A DNA stretch of 44,536 nucleotides from a virus (Duplodnaviria; Caudoviricetes): the IMG/VR virus record IMGVR_UViG_3300005804_000118, positions 1-44,536 of that record. One strand, given 5' to 3'. This document shows, one piece after another, positions 8,867-18,413 of the stretch (position 1 is the stretch's first letter; each line of letters starts with the position of its first letter). The notes below the pieces were generated by a model. The model saw only the letters and a list, made by a program, of their open reading frames with translations, had not been told where the DNA came from and did no database searches. The position numbers and the translations under genes are program-made.

Positions 8867-10289
8867 GATTATCCGGTCGGTTAAAATCTCCAATTTCCAA
8901 TCCCATAAGAATACCAATATTGACTTCGCGGGACAAGGCTGTCTGACTGTCATTACCGGACCGTCAGACAGCGGCAAGTCCGCTGTAATCCGGGCGCTGC
9001 GGTGGTTGTTTTATAACGTGCCCCAGGGTACGGATTACATTACTGTCGGGGAAGATAAATGCGTGGTATCGGTGCTGCTGGAAGGCGAAACGGTGGTAGA
9101 GCGGATCAGGACCCGCGGAGGAGTAAATCGCTATACAGTTAACGGAGAAGTCTTTGAGGGATTCGGAACCAATGTTCCCTTAGAAGTGCAGCAGGCAACC
9201 GGTGTTAGGAAGCTCTCGATCGGAGACATGACTTTCATGCTGAATCTTTCAGAGCAGTTGGATGGACCTTTTCTTGGGAAATCTGTTCCGGGATCCGCCC
9301 GTGCAAAAGTGTTGGGCAAGCTAGCCGGTACGGAAGAAATTGATTATGCCGGCAAGGAGCTGGGAACAGATATCTATAGAGCAAAGAGACAACAGGAAGG
9401 ACTAGAAAAGGATATTGAGTCAATCCATAAAGCCATTGATGAATATTCATGGATTGAGGACAAGGAAGCCAAGCTGAACAGGCTCCAGGGATTTTTAGAT
9501 GATGTTAAGAGGGGACAGCAGAATCTAGCGGCTGCCAAGGAAATGCTGCAGAAGTATTGTGAACTTTCTTTTCTGGTCGAAGGCCTTAAGAGTACCATAA
9601 GGCGGCTTGAGCTGATTGAGTTAGGCTTTAGTGTTGTTGAGAATGCCCAAAGAAGAATAAGTCAAAGGGAGGAGATTGCCTTTTTGCTTACCGGTCTCGA
9701 GAAAGCCAGAGAGCAGATTTGTGAGTCTGAGTTGATTATTGAACAGTTAAGCGGAATTGAATCTGCTGTTAATTTAGTTAGCTCAGCCAAGGAAAAGCTT
9801 AACCTTGGAACATTGCTCTGTAATCACCGGGGCCAATATTTACAAGCCTATTTGCAAAAAGAAAGTAATCAGGTAAAGCTTAGAAATTTACTTGAACAAC
9901 TTGAAGCAATTACTCCTTTATTAGACAAGGCTGTGGCAGATAGTGAAAAAGCAGAATTGCTTGACCTGCTTTACCAGGAACATTTCCAAACCAATTTGGC
10001 GGTTACTCATTATGGAAGGATCATTAGGGGTCTGTCAAGGACTGAGGAAGCCCTGGATGGTATTGCTCAGGCTAACAGCAAAGTTATGAAACTTCAAGAA
10101 TTTAAGAAACTTAAAGAAACATATTTAGGTTCGCTAGCGCTTCAAGCAATGTGGGACGATAAACAGGCGGCCGCTGATTATGATGTTACGGAGCTGGAAG
10201 GCCATTATGTAAAACTTATGACTGAGCTGGGCAAATGCCCGACATGCGGCGGGGAGATCAATGTAAATAAATTGATGGAGGTTATTTGA
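8853..10289 (+). CDS. Rad50/SbcC-like ATPase, N-terminal half (Walker A, coiled coil, zinc hook)
   Basis: ISNFQSH, TGPSDSGKS, Q-loop LSEQLD, C-terminal CPTCG; ATG 8853 after GGTGGGG. Confidence 0.88.
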   Translation: MNPTKIIRSVKISNFQSHKNTNIDFAGQGCLTVITGPSDSGKSAVIRALRWLFYNVPQGTDYITVGEDKCVVSVLLEGETVVERIRTRGGVNRYTVNGEVFEGFGTNVPLEVQQATGVRKLSIGDMTFMLNLSEQLDGPFLGKSVPGSARAKVLGKLAGTEEIDYAGKELGTDIYRAKRQQEGLEKDIESIHKAIDEYSWIEDKEAKLNRLQGFLDDVKRGQQNLAAAKEMLQKYCELSFLVEGLKSTIRRLELIELGFSVVENAQRRISQREEIAFLLTGLEKAREQICESELIIEQLSGIESAVNLVSSAKEKLNLGTLLCNHRGQYLQAYLQKESNQVKLRNLLEQLEAITPLLDKAVADSEKAELLDLLYQEHFQTNLAVTHYGRIIRGLSRTEEALDGIAQANSKVMKLQEFKKLKETYLGSLALQAMWDDKQAAADYDVTELEGHYVKLMTELGKCPTCGGEINVNKLMEVI

Positions 10290-10290
10290 G

Positions 10291-10572
10291 ATGAATAACG
10301 TTGAGATAAGAATTAGTAGCTTGAAAAGCAAGCTAGATGCCAAGAAAGATGAGCGGACTAGAGCGCAGGCTAACCTGGAAATGGCTGAGAAGCAGCTCCA
10401 GGACGTGACCGGGAAAATAAAGGATATTGGTTATGAGCCTGCAGATCTGCCGACGGTGATTGAGCAGCTTGAGAAGAGCGTCACTGACAATCTGGCCGAG
10501 GCCGAGAAGATCTTGGCCGAGATGGACGGCATGACCACGGATCAGCTCATGAAAGAAGTTGGCATCCAATGA
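10291..10572 (+). CDS. Small coiled-coil protein, likely middle piece of split SbcC
   Basis: 93 aa heptad-rich; 1 bp from upstream stop, 4-bp overlap downstream. Confidence 0.7.
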   Translation: MNNVEIRISSLKSKLDAKKDERTRAQANLEMAEKQLQDVTGKIKDIGYEPADLPTVIEQLEKSVTDNLAEAEKILAEMDGMTTDQLMKEVGIQ

Positions 10573-11231
10573 TTACAGTACATGAAATCGAAAATAGAAC
10601 AGCAAGGCTCCGGACGGTAGTGGAGCAGGGAAAGGGGAAAAGAGATCTTCTTTTTAACCAATCCAGACTAAAACAAGCTGAACTGAACAGTGTTAATGGC
10701 AACATTTTTACATGGGAACAGGTTCAGCTTTTATTGTCCCGTTCAAGCGAGTACGCAAGAGAGCAGCTGAAGTCAAAGATCGAGGAAACGGTAACAGCAG
10801 CCCTCAGATGTGTGTTTGGAGATAACGGTATCAGCTTCTGTATTGAACTGGGAACGTCAGGCGGTAATCCGACGGCTAATTGGCAGGTAATCTCTTCGTA
10901 TAAAGATTACGAGGTCGCAGCCAATCCGGAGGATGCCAGAGGCGGAGGGGTTACGGATGTCGTGTCCTTAGCCTTAAGGCTATCCCTTCTGGAACTGGCC
11001 CGGCCTAAGCATGACGGCCCGGTTATCCTGGATGAGCCAGGGAAGATGATCTCCCGGGAATATCTACCGAATGTAGCAGCTTTTCTTTCCAAATACGGGG
11101 AGAAGACCGGGAGGCAGATCATCATGATTACCCATCATGGGATTCTGGCAGACGCAGCTGATGTGACCTGGTATGTGCAGCATGAGAAGGGCGTTAGCAA
11201 GGCCGAGAAGATTCTTGGGGGTGAATTCTAA
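10569..11231 (+). CDS. Rad50/SbcC-like ATPase, C-terminal half
   Basis: Coiled coil, signature-like ARGGG, Walker B VILDEP, H-loop IIMITHH; no Walker A. Confidence 0.88.
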   Translation: MITVHEIENRTARLRTVVEQGKGKRDLLFNQSRLKQAELNSVNGNIFTWEQVQLLLSRSSEYAREQLKSKIEETVTAALRCVFGDNGISFCIELGTSGGNPTANWQVISSYKDYEVAANPEDARGGGVTDVVSLALRLSLLELARPKHDGPVILDEPGKMISREYLPNVAAFLSKYGEKTGRQIIMITHHGILADAADVTWYVQHEKGVSKAEKILGGEF

Positions 11232-12235
11232 TGATGCCGGTCAAGTTTATTGTCACCGGAGATCTTCACTTCCGGAGTGAAAGCCCCAGAAACCGTAAGG
11301 ATGAATATCGGGAAACCTTGCTGATTAAGCTCTATGAAGTTTTCCAGATTGCAAACGACAACGATGCACAGGCAATTATTATACCTGGTGACATATTTGA
11401 TTCCGCAAATGTAGGGCTGCCGACAATAGCGAAGTTGGGATCATTCCTGAGATACTGTACAGATCATTTTGGAATTAAGCTGTTTGCCGTTTCAGGAAAT
11501 CATGATCTTCCAGCAGGCAACAAAGCAGCTTTGGAACGCACTCCATTTGGATTGCTTAAAAGCTTTGAGATCATTCAGGATGTTGAGGAATATCCATACG
11601 AAGGTGCCAGTGTAATGATCACGGGTTACGGATTTGACTTTAAAACAGATACTCCGGAGGGGGCAGAACAATTTATATCATGCGATATTGTCGCTCCGGA
11701 TCCGGTCTATCCAACGATTCATTTAGTACATTCAATGCTTCTTACAACTCCTCCGGCTTTCAATATGCGGCATACTCTCATAGATCAGGTTGAAACGGAT
11801 GCAGATATTATAATTTCCGGTCACTACCATGAAGGCTTTGGAATTATCCGGAGAAGAGACGGAAAGCTCTTTATCAACCCAGGTTCCCTATGCCGGTTGT
11901 CGGCCAGCGAAGCAGAAATGAATCGTACCGTTCAGGTAGCACTGTTGACGATTCAGAGCAAGACGGATTTTGATGCTGAACTAATTACGCTGCAAACTGC
12001 TAAACCAGCTGAGGAAGTGCTGGATCGGGAAGCTGTCGTAGAAGAGAAAGAACACAAAAACTGGATGGAGAGCTTTTTTGAAAGTCTCCAAGAAGAAGGG
12101 GAAGCAAAGTTTCTGGAAGTCCGGGAGATAGTTGATAAGATCGTATCCATGGAAAAGATTACTCCTAAGGTCAAGGATGAGGCATTAAGACGGATCGGCG
12201 AGGCCAGGGAGAAGATCGGGAGGGTTACGGAATGA
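11231..12235 (+). CDS. Mre11/SbcD-like metallophosphoesterase nuclease
   Basis: GDLH, PGDIFD, GNHD, VH, SGHYH, NPGS motifs. Confidence 0.92.
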   Translation: MMPVKFIVTGDLHFRSESPRNRKDEYRETLLIKLYEVFQIANDNDAQAIIIPGDIFDSANVGLPTIAKLGSFLRYCTDHFGIKLFAVSGNHDLPAGNKAALERTPFGLLKSFEIIQDVEEYPYEGASVMITGYGFDFKTDTPEGAEQFISCDIVAPDPVYPTIHLVHSMLLTTPPAFNMRHTLIDQVETDADIIISGHYHEGFGIIRRRDGKLFINPGSLCRLSASEAEMNRTVQVALLTIQSKTDFDAELITLQTAKPAEEVLDREAVVEEKEHKNWMESFFESLQEEGEAKFLEVREIVDKIVSMEKITPKVKDEALRRIGEAREKIGRVTE

Positions 12236-12870
12236 TTTTTAAAAGAATTCGCACCCTTATGGGTAATGGGGTTAAAAGAGTTAATCATTGCCAAGTAACT
12301 TTTAGCGGGATTGAACTGCTGTTAATAATATGCATCTTGATAATTCCTATGCTTTTCCTGCCGCTCTTGGGGTTTATATCCGTTCAAAGCGAGATCAAGG
12401 TTCTAAACACCGAGATAGAGGTTTTAAAAGACAAGCAGGCAGCCATGGAGTACAGCCAAAGAAAGCTGACCGACGCTATGATGAATTGGTTGGAGGCGTG
12501 GCAGATCGATACTTTTGAGGCATCGACCTACGCTCCGCTGGATAACAAAAGCGGAATGTGCGCAGATGAGAACCCATTCAGCACTGCGACCGGTACGATG
12601 CCTCACAGAGGAGTAATAGCCGTTAACTTTCATGTCATTCCGCCGGGGTCTGTTTTATGGATCCCCGGCTATGGGTGGGGCAGAGCAGAGGATACCGGCG
12701 GACTTATTAACCAAAGAAATGATCTCATTGATCTTTGCATGGATACTTATGAGGAAGCAATTCAGTGGGGCAGGCGAACCAAGAAAGTTTTAATTCTTAG
12801 AAGTGATTTATATTCCCCACATGCGAAAACACCTGATTACGAATTGTTGTCAGAAGGAACGGGGTTGTGA
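12232..12870 (+). CDS. Membrane-anchored 3D-domain protein
   Basis: Hydrophobic helix, coiled coil, then ASTY..TATG..VIAV..IPPGS.LWIPGYG..AEDTGG..IDL. Confidence 0.85.
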   Translation: MIFKRIRTLMGNGVKRVNHCQVTFSGIELLLIICILIIPMLFLPLLGFISVQSEIKVLNTEIEVLKDKQAAMEYSQRKLTDAMMNWLEAWQIDTFEASTYAPLDNKSGMCADENPFSTATGTMPHRGVIAVNFHVIPPGSVLWIPGYGWGRAEDTGGLINQRNDLIDLCMDTYEEAIQWGRRTKKVLILRSDLYSPHAKTPDYELLSEGTGL

Positions 12871-12871
12871 T

Positions 12872-15064
12872 ATGGCCGAAACAGCAACCATAACCGGAAC
12901 TGTAACCGGTGTCAGATATCACAATCCGCAGAACGGGTGGTCTGTGCTGACTGTTCAGCCAAAGCAATGGTCGGGTACACCAGCTCAGGATGCATTTGAC
13001 TTTGATAACTGTTCGGTGGTCGGAAATCTGGCCGCAGTCCGGGCCGGTGACGAATACGAGTTCTCCGGAGTCTGGAAAACGCATCCCCAGTACGGACGTC
13101 AGTTTCAGTTTGAAAAGGCTGAGGTGATCCTTCCAAAAGAGAAATATGGAGCCATTGCATATCTGGCAACGCTCGCAAGCGGAGTCGGCCCTGCAAAAGC
13201 GACAAAGATTGTTGATGTGCTGGGTGATGAGGCTCTTCAAAAGATTATCGATAACCCGGAAACTTTACAGCAGTTTGACTTTCTGAATGATGCCCAGAGA
13301 ACAGAGATTGCCGAAGGGCTTCTAAAGAACACCAATCTGGCCGAGCTATCAGCGATTATCTGCCGGGAAGGTGTTGGTATCGGAACGGCCAAGAAGATTT
13401 TTGATAAGTACGGATATGAAAGCGCAAAGGTTGTAATGGAGAATCCTTATATCCTGGCTGATGAGGTTTATGGGATCGGCTTTAAGGTTGCCGACAGAAT
13501 CGGCCGGGCAGTAAGTATTGCTCCGGACTCTCCATACAGGGTTCAGGCAGCTTATCAATACGCTCTCAAGGAAGCCGGTAGCGATGGACATGTGTTCTTA
13601 AAGCCCAGAGATACGTTGACAGAAATCGAGAAGCTTTTGGGTAAGCAATCTATGGTTTGCGTGGATCACATCCGAGATGCGTACATTGAGCTGGAAAAGC
13701 GTGGAACCGTTCACCGGGAAGGGGATGCCATTTACCTTACATCGATGTACGAGAATGAAGTAGAGTTGGCCAAGGACATTATGAGGCTGGCCGGAACTCA
13801 AGGGAAGTATCATTCAGTAGACACGCTGGAAGCTTTAAGCGGGATCATTGAACAGACGCAGGAAGAGTTGGGAGTAGTCTATGCTCCGGAGCAGAAGGAA
13901 GCGATTGAGAATAGCCTTTATAAATCTCTCACTGTAGTAACCGGCGGGCCCGGTACCGGAAAAACGACTGTCATTAAGGGGATTATTGAAGCATATAAGA
14001 AGATCTCAAAAAATGATGAAATTATGCTTGCAGCCCCCACCGGCAGAGCCGCAAAACGAATGACAGAAGCTACAGGGATTGAGGCAAAGACTATTCACCG
14101 GCTTCTTTGTTATAACCCGTTTACGAACGGATTTGAGTACAATGCAGATCATAAATTGCCAACAGGTTTACTTATAGTGGATGAGTTCTCTATGTGTGAT
14201 CTTTTGCTTTCTAAATGTCTCTTTGAATCAGTCCCAGAGGATATGGTGATGGTCATTGTCGGAGACGTGGATCAGCTCCCATCTGTGGGCCCGGGGAAGG
14301 TTCTGGAAGATATTATTGATTCGAGAAAGGTCATAACAACCAGGCTAAAGTTTAATTATCGCCAGGCCTCCGGGAGCCGAATTGCTTTGGAAGCTTCCCG
14401 GATTGTTGAGCAGGACGATTGTCGTCTTTATCAGGATGAGTCTGATTGGAAGACCATAACCACTGAAGAACCGGAAAATGCTTTAGAGGGGATTAAGGCT
14501 GAGATCCGTCAGGCCAAGAAGGACGGTCTGGGGATAATGGACTTTCAGGTTTTGGCACCTATGAAAAAGGGGCTTATCGGGGTGGATAACTTAAATGAGG
14601 TTATCCGGGAAATCGTTAATCCTCCGATGGCTATAAAGCCTGAATACAGAGCCGGTAAGGATAAGCTTTTTAGGCTTGATGATAAGGTGATGGTGATCAA
14701 AAACAATTACAAGCTTGGAGTGTTTAACGGAGATATCGGAATCATTACCGCCATAAATAGTGGGATCGTTGTCGATTTTGACGGGGAACAGGTTGCTTTT
14801 AAGGATGAAGACGTCAATATTCTAACTTTGGCTTATGCTACCACAGTTCATAAATCACAGGGTTCCGAGTTCCCTCTGATCATTATGGTAATTATGAGAT
14901 CCCATTACATCATGCTACAAAAGAACTTATTCTACACCGGAATAACCAGGGCGAAGGAAAAGCTGATTCTTGTTTGCCAGGAAAGCGCTGTTAAAAGGTG
15001 CCTTAGTAATAAGGACAAGAAAGAGCGATACACGAAGCTCAGGGAAAGACTGGTTAATTCGTGA
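12872..15064 (+). CDS. recD2: RecD2-like SF1B helicase
   Basis: HPQYGRQF, HhH GVGPAKA, NPYIL, GGPGTGKT, APTGRAA, VDEFSM, GDVDQLPSVGPG, AYATTVHKSQGSEF, YTGITRA. Confidence 0.93.
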   Translation: MAETATITGTVTGVRYHNPQNGWSVLTVQPKQWSGTPAQDAFDFDNCSVVGNLAAVRAGDEYEFSGVWKTHPQYGRQFQFEKAEVILPKEKYGAIAYLATLASGVGPAKATKIVDVLGDEALQKIIDNPETLQQFDFLNDAQRTEIAEGLLKNTNLAELSAIICREGVGIGTAKKIFDKYGYESAKVVMENPYILADEVYGIGFKVADRIGRAVSIAPDSPYRVQAAYQYALKEAGSDGHVFLKPRDTLTEIEKLLGKQSMVCVDHIRDAYIELEKRGTVHREGDAIYLTSMYENEVELAKDIMRLAGTQGKYHSVDTLEALSGIIEQTQEELGVVYAPEQKEAIENSLYKSLTVVTGGPGTGKTTVIKGIIEAYKKISKNDEIMLAAPTGRAAKRMTEATGIEAKTIHRLLCYNPFTNGFEYNADHKLPTGLLIVDEFSMCDLLLSKCLFESVPEDMVMVIVGDVDQLPSVGPGKVLEDIIDSRKVITTRLKFNYRQASGSRIALEASRIVEQDDCRLYQDESDWKTITTEEPENALEGIKAEIRQAKKDGLGIMDFQVLAPMKKGLIGVDNLNEVIREIVNPPMAIKPEYRAGKDKLFRLDDKVMVIKNNYKLGVFNGDIGIITAINSGIVVDFDGEQVAFKDEDVNILTLAYATTVHKSQGSEFPLIIMVIMRSHYIMLQKNLFYTGITRAKEKLILVCQESAVKRCLSNKDKKERYTKLRERLVNS

Positions 15065-15085
15065 TAATACTTCAACTTGGATATG

Positions 15086-15130
15086 GGAGCTGAGATCCTC
15101 TCCTCAGCTCCACCCCCTCAGAAGGCGGTG
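15086..15130 (+). promoter_or_regulatory. Tandem hairpins in primase leader; second occludes RBS
   Basis: GGAGCTGAG/CTCAGCTCC 9-bp stem, then CACC-C-CCT-caga-AGG-C-GGTG; TTG start at 15136. Confidence 0.4.
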
Positions 15131-15135
15131 ATGGC

Positions 15136-18066
15136 TTGAATCATAGTCTCGATGAAATAATCAAAATGATAGACAATCTAGATTTTTTTAAGAAATACGG
15201 CTTTAATCTTTCCAAAATCCCGAGAGGAGGAAATGCCGAAGGGGAATGTCCCTTTTGTCATAAGAAAAAATTTAGCTTAAATATTGAAAAAGGTTTATGG
15301 CGATGTTTTGCCTGTAATCGCAACGGCAATCAAATTACTTTTTACGCCCAATTAAATGGGGTAAGTAACCAAGAATCTATCAAAGAGATCAAAAGGTATT
15401 TAAACATTGAGGATTCATATCAGAGTAAGCCGGATCAGAGACCGGATCAGAGACCGGAAAAGAGCAAGGGTGAAGATACTCCGCCCTGGGAAGATCAGAA
15501 GGCTTCTGATAGTGCTGATGAGTCTTCTGAGGAAGAAGAAATGTTACATCCTTATGAGAGGCTTTTGGAACTGGCTCATCTGACTCCGGAAGACCGAGAG
15601 AGTCTTAAAAAGAAGCGTGGGTTTACGGACAAGATTATCGATGAGTTTAAGTTTCGCAGCGGTGGGGATTACATTCGGGAAGTTATATCGAGGCTCCAGG
15701 GGGAGTACTCAAAGGATAGACTTCTTGAAGTAGGAATCCTCCGGGATGTTAACGGAACATTTCTTCCAGAGAAGCAGCTGCTCGAAGAACGGGTTCTAAT
15801 CCCTTATCTTGATGAATTCGGCAAGGTGTATCATCTAAGACCTCATAAACTTGGGTTTGCTGATATCCCGGCTGAACCATTTTGCAGATACCTTCTTAAA
15901 GATCATCCCAGAAAGATTGTTCTAACAGAAGGTGAATTCAAGGCTGTAGCGTTACACGCTTGGGAGATACCCGGCATCGGGGGCCCGGGAACCAGTTCCT
16001 TTGGTGAAAAGAACTTTGATCGGCTGGTTTACTTACTTCAGGAGTTTGACGTCAAAGAGATCTGCATTATATACGACTCGGAGGAGAAAGGAAATCCTCA
16101 ATACTCAAACTTTAAGGAACAGGTCCATAAGCGTTATGACACGCAGTATTGGTCCTACATCATGGCTTATAAGCTGGATAAGGCTGGGTTTCGGACATCA
16201 GTTGGTTGGCTGCCATCGGAGTGGCGGGTAGACGGGAAGATTGATTTTGACGGAGCGTTGGCTCAGGGACGAACAGCCGCTGAGATCAAGAAAGTCATTG
16301 CCAAAGCAAAAAGCTATAAGGATTTTCTGGCATCTCTGGATGAGGATGGCCAGAAGGTCGTAAAAAAGAAGATTGCCAAACACTTTTCGAAAAAGAACGT
16401 TCGCCGGGAGTTTAATAAGTACATTACCACTTTCCCGGGTCCTAATGGTCAGGAAATTGACAAAGAGATCAGCAATTTTGTTATTAACATTAAGTCAAAT
16501 TTCTTTACCAAAGGAAGCGTGATTCGGAACGTTCAGCTGATTAACACTTTTGGGGAAGTGTCAGAGATCTTTCCGATGGAGTCTTCGGCCATGGCCGCGG
16601 CGGATGCTTTCAAGAAGTTTGTAATGAGCAAAGGGAACTATGTTTTTAAGGGAAACGGGACGGATCTTACAAACATCTGGGAGTATGAGTTTTTAAACAA
16701 TGATGGAGATCTGATCTACATGCCGGAGCAAATCGGCTGGATTGATCAGCACAAGATTTGGCTTTTTGGAAATATGGCCATAAAGGATTCGAAGGTATAC
16801 CGGCCGGATAACGACGGGATTATCTGGGTAGAAGGCAAAGGGTATAAGCCTCAGAGCTTCAGTGTTGGGACATCCGACGGCCGCGGGGTAACAGAAGATT
16901 CAATTCCCTGTTTGGGAGAAAAGGAGATCAGCATCCAGGATATCGCAGACCGGATGCGGCACTCTGTAGGCGGATATGAAGCTTTCATGGGGATTGGCTG
17001 GGTAATTGCAACGATCTTCAGTAAGGATATTTTTGCAAAGTACAAATGTATGCCCATACTTTTCCCTCACGGCAAAAGGGAGTCTGGAAAATCAACTTTT
17101 ATGCGCTGGATTATGATGTTTTTCGGTGTGGAGACCGAGGGGATCAGCGTAGGCAAGACTACTACCGCAAACTTTATCGCCCGGGCCCTTTCATACTGGA
17201 GCTGCATGGGGATCTGGCTGGATGAGTACCGAAACGAGCAGGGAGTTATTGAAAAAGATGGACTATTCAGATCCGCTTACAACAGACAGCTATCCGGGAA
17301 GGGTACGGCTACTGCTTTCCAGACAAAAGGTTTCTCGGTTCACTCAGCAATAGCTATCTCCGGAGAGGAGCTACCAAAGGATAACGGATTATTTACTAGG
17401 TGCATTCCGCTTCAGATCAGTGCCTATAAAAGGAATCGTGACTTCTATGAATGGTTGAATAAGTCCTGTGAGTACTTCAGCTGGTTAACTTTCAATCTGA
17501 TAAAGAATTATGAGCTTTACAGAAAACGGATCCTTACAAACATTGAAGAGCTTAAGGCAGTATTACTCGCCCGGGGGATTACTGACAGGACGGCAGAGAA
17601 CTGGGCGATTTGTGCAGCATGTTTTGATACGGTAGTGGCAGAGGATACTGGATTTATCAAATGGGTGGAGAAGTCTTGCCAGGAGATTAAACGAACCGGC
17701 GAAGAGGATCATATGCTTAATCAGTTCTGGGCTGATATCAATACGATGATATCTACCAATGATCTTGGCCTTAAGCAGATGAAAGTTGAGGATAATAAGC
17801 TTTTTGTCTGGCTGCAGGGAGTTTACAGTGAATGGAGCGTGTTTTACCGGAAACGCACCGGGAGGGAGCCATTTGATCTCCAATCAATAACTAAATATTT
17901 GAAAGAAGAGCCTTACTGTCTAGATCCGTCTAACAGATGTTATATAGGAAAAGTAAGAAGAAGAGCAGTTGTAATTGACTTAGCAAAAGGCAACGAAATT
18001 ACTCAGGAAATCGCTGACTCATTGGATGAGATGGGACACAACCACTCTTCAGAAGAAGCATATTAA
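15136..18066 (+). CDS. Multidomain primase-helicase (Zn finger, TOPRIM, P-loop)
   Basis: CPFC..WRCFAC, VLTEGEFKA / IYDSE / DFD TOPRIM acids, HGKRESGKST Walker A, IWLDEY Walker B. Confidence 0.88.
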   Translation: MNHSLDEIIKMIDNLDFFKKYGFNLSKIPRGGNAEGECPFCHKKKFSLNIEKGLWRCFACNRNGNQITFYAQLNGVSNQESIKEIKRYLNIEDSYQSKPDQRPDQRPEKSKGEDTPPWEDQKASDSADESSEEEEMLHPYERLLELAHLTPEDRESLKKKRGFTDKIIDEFKFRSGGDYIREVISRLQGEYSKDRLLEVGILRDVNGTFLPEKQLLEERVLIPYLDEFGKVYHLRPHKLGFADIPAEPFCRYLLKDHPRKIVLTEGEFKAVALHAWEIPGIGGPGTSSFGEKNFDRLVYLLQEFDVKEICIIYDSEEKGNPQYSNFKEQVHKRYDTQYWSYIMAYKLDKAGFRTSVGWLPSEWRVDGKIDFDGALAQGRTAAEIKKVIAKAKSYKDFLASLDEDGQKVVKKKIAKHFSKKNVRREFNKYITTFPGPNGQEIDKEISNFVINIKSNFFTKGSVIRNVQLINTFGEVSEIFPMESSAMAAADAFKKFVMSKGNYVFKGNGTDLTNIWEYEFLNNDGDLIYMPEQIGWIDQHKIWLFGNMAIKDSKVYRPDNDGIIWVEGKGYKPQSFSVGTSDGRGVTEDSIPCLGEKEISIQDIADRMRHSVGGYEAFMGIGWVIATIFSKDIFAKYKCMPILFPHGKRESGKSTFMRWIMMFFGVETEGISVGKTTTANFIARALSYWSCMGIWLDEYRNEQGVIEKDGLFRSAYNRQLSGKGTATAFQTKGFSVHSAIAISGEELPKDNGLFTRCIPLQISAYKRNRDFYEWLNKSCEYFSWLTFNLIKNYELYRKRILTNIEELKAVLLARGITDRTAENWAICAACFDTVVAEDTGFIKWVEKSCQEIKRTGEEDHMLNQFWADINTMISTNDLGLKQMKVEDNKLFVWLQGVYSEWSVFYRKRTGREPFDLQSITKYLKEEPYCLDPSNRCYIGKVRRRAVVIDLAKGNEITQEIADSLDEMGHNHSSEEAY
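15430..15464 (+). repeat. 12-bp tandem repeat in primase linker (PDQR-PDQR-PEK)
   Basis: ccggatcagaga ccggatcagaga ccggaaaagag. Confidence 0.8.
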
Positions 18067-18087
18067 AATTATTTCGATTTTCGAAAA

Positions 18088-18397
18088 TGGGACAGCAAAA
18101 GGCAAAATGGGACAGCAATGGGACAGCATTTTTTAAAACCTGTCCCATAGATAAAGCCAGTGATACCAACGGTTTGCAGTTTCTATGGGACAGTGGGACA
18201 GGCAAAACGCAACATCACGGAAATTTAGAAAATTTTTGTGAGCACCCATTTTATATATCTTAAAAATTACAAATATCAAAAATCGCAAAAGTGCTGTCCC
18301 ACTGTCCCATAAAAACCTGAAAGTCTTGATGCGACTGGCTTTAAGTATGGGACAGGGTATGGGACAGCTATGGGACAGGAAAATTCTGGCTGTCCCA
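18088..18397. repeat. Iteron array, putative phage replication origin
   Basis: TGGGACAG at 18088, 18108, 18119, 18186, 18194, 18348, 18360, 18371 and its complement CTGTCCCA at 18140, 18294, 18302, 18390, flanking an AT-rich core. Confidence 0.88.
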
Positions 18398-18413
18398 TTA
18401 ATGGAGAAAGGAG

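Noticed and set aside
8853-11231. Pseudogenised sbcC or Wadjet/Lamassu-type SMC defence system
   Set aside because: Each piece has a plausible RBS and tight coupling, and breaks fall at domain boundaries; partner is Mre11-like with no kleisin/KITE or effector genes
18088-18397. CRISPR-like array or coding ORFs (17999-18205, 18133-18423 minus)
   Set aside because: Repeats are 8 bp, irregularly spaced and in both orientations, with no cas genes; the ORFs are by-products of the iterons
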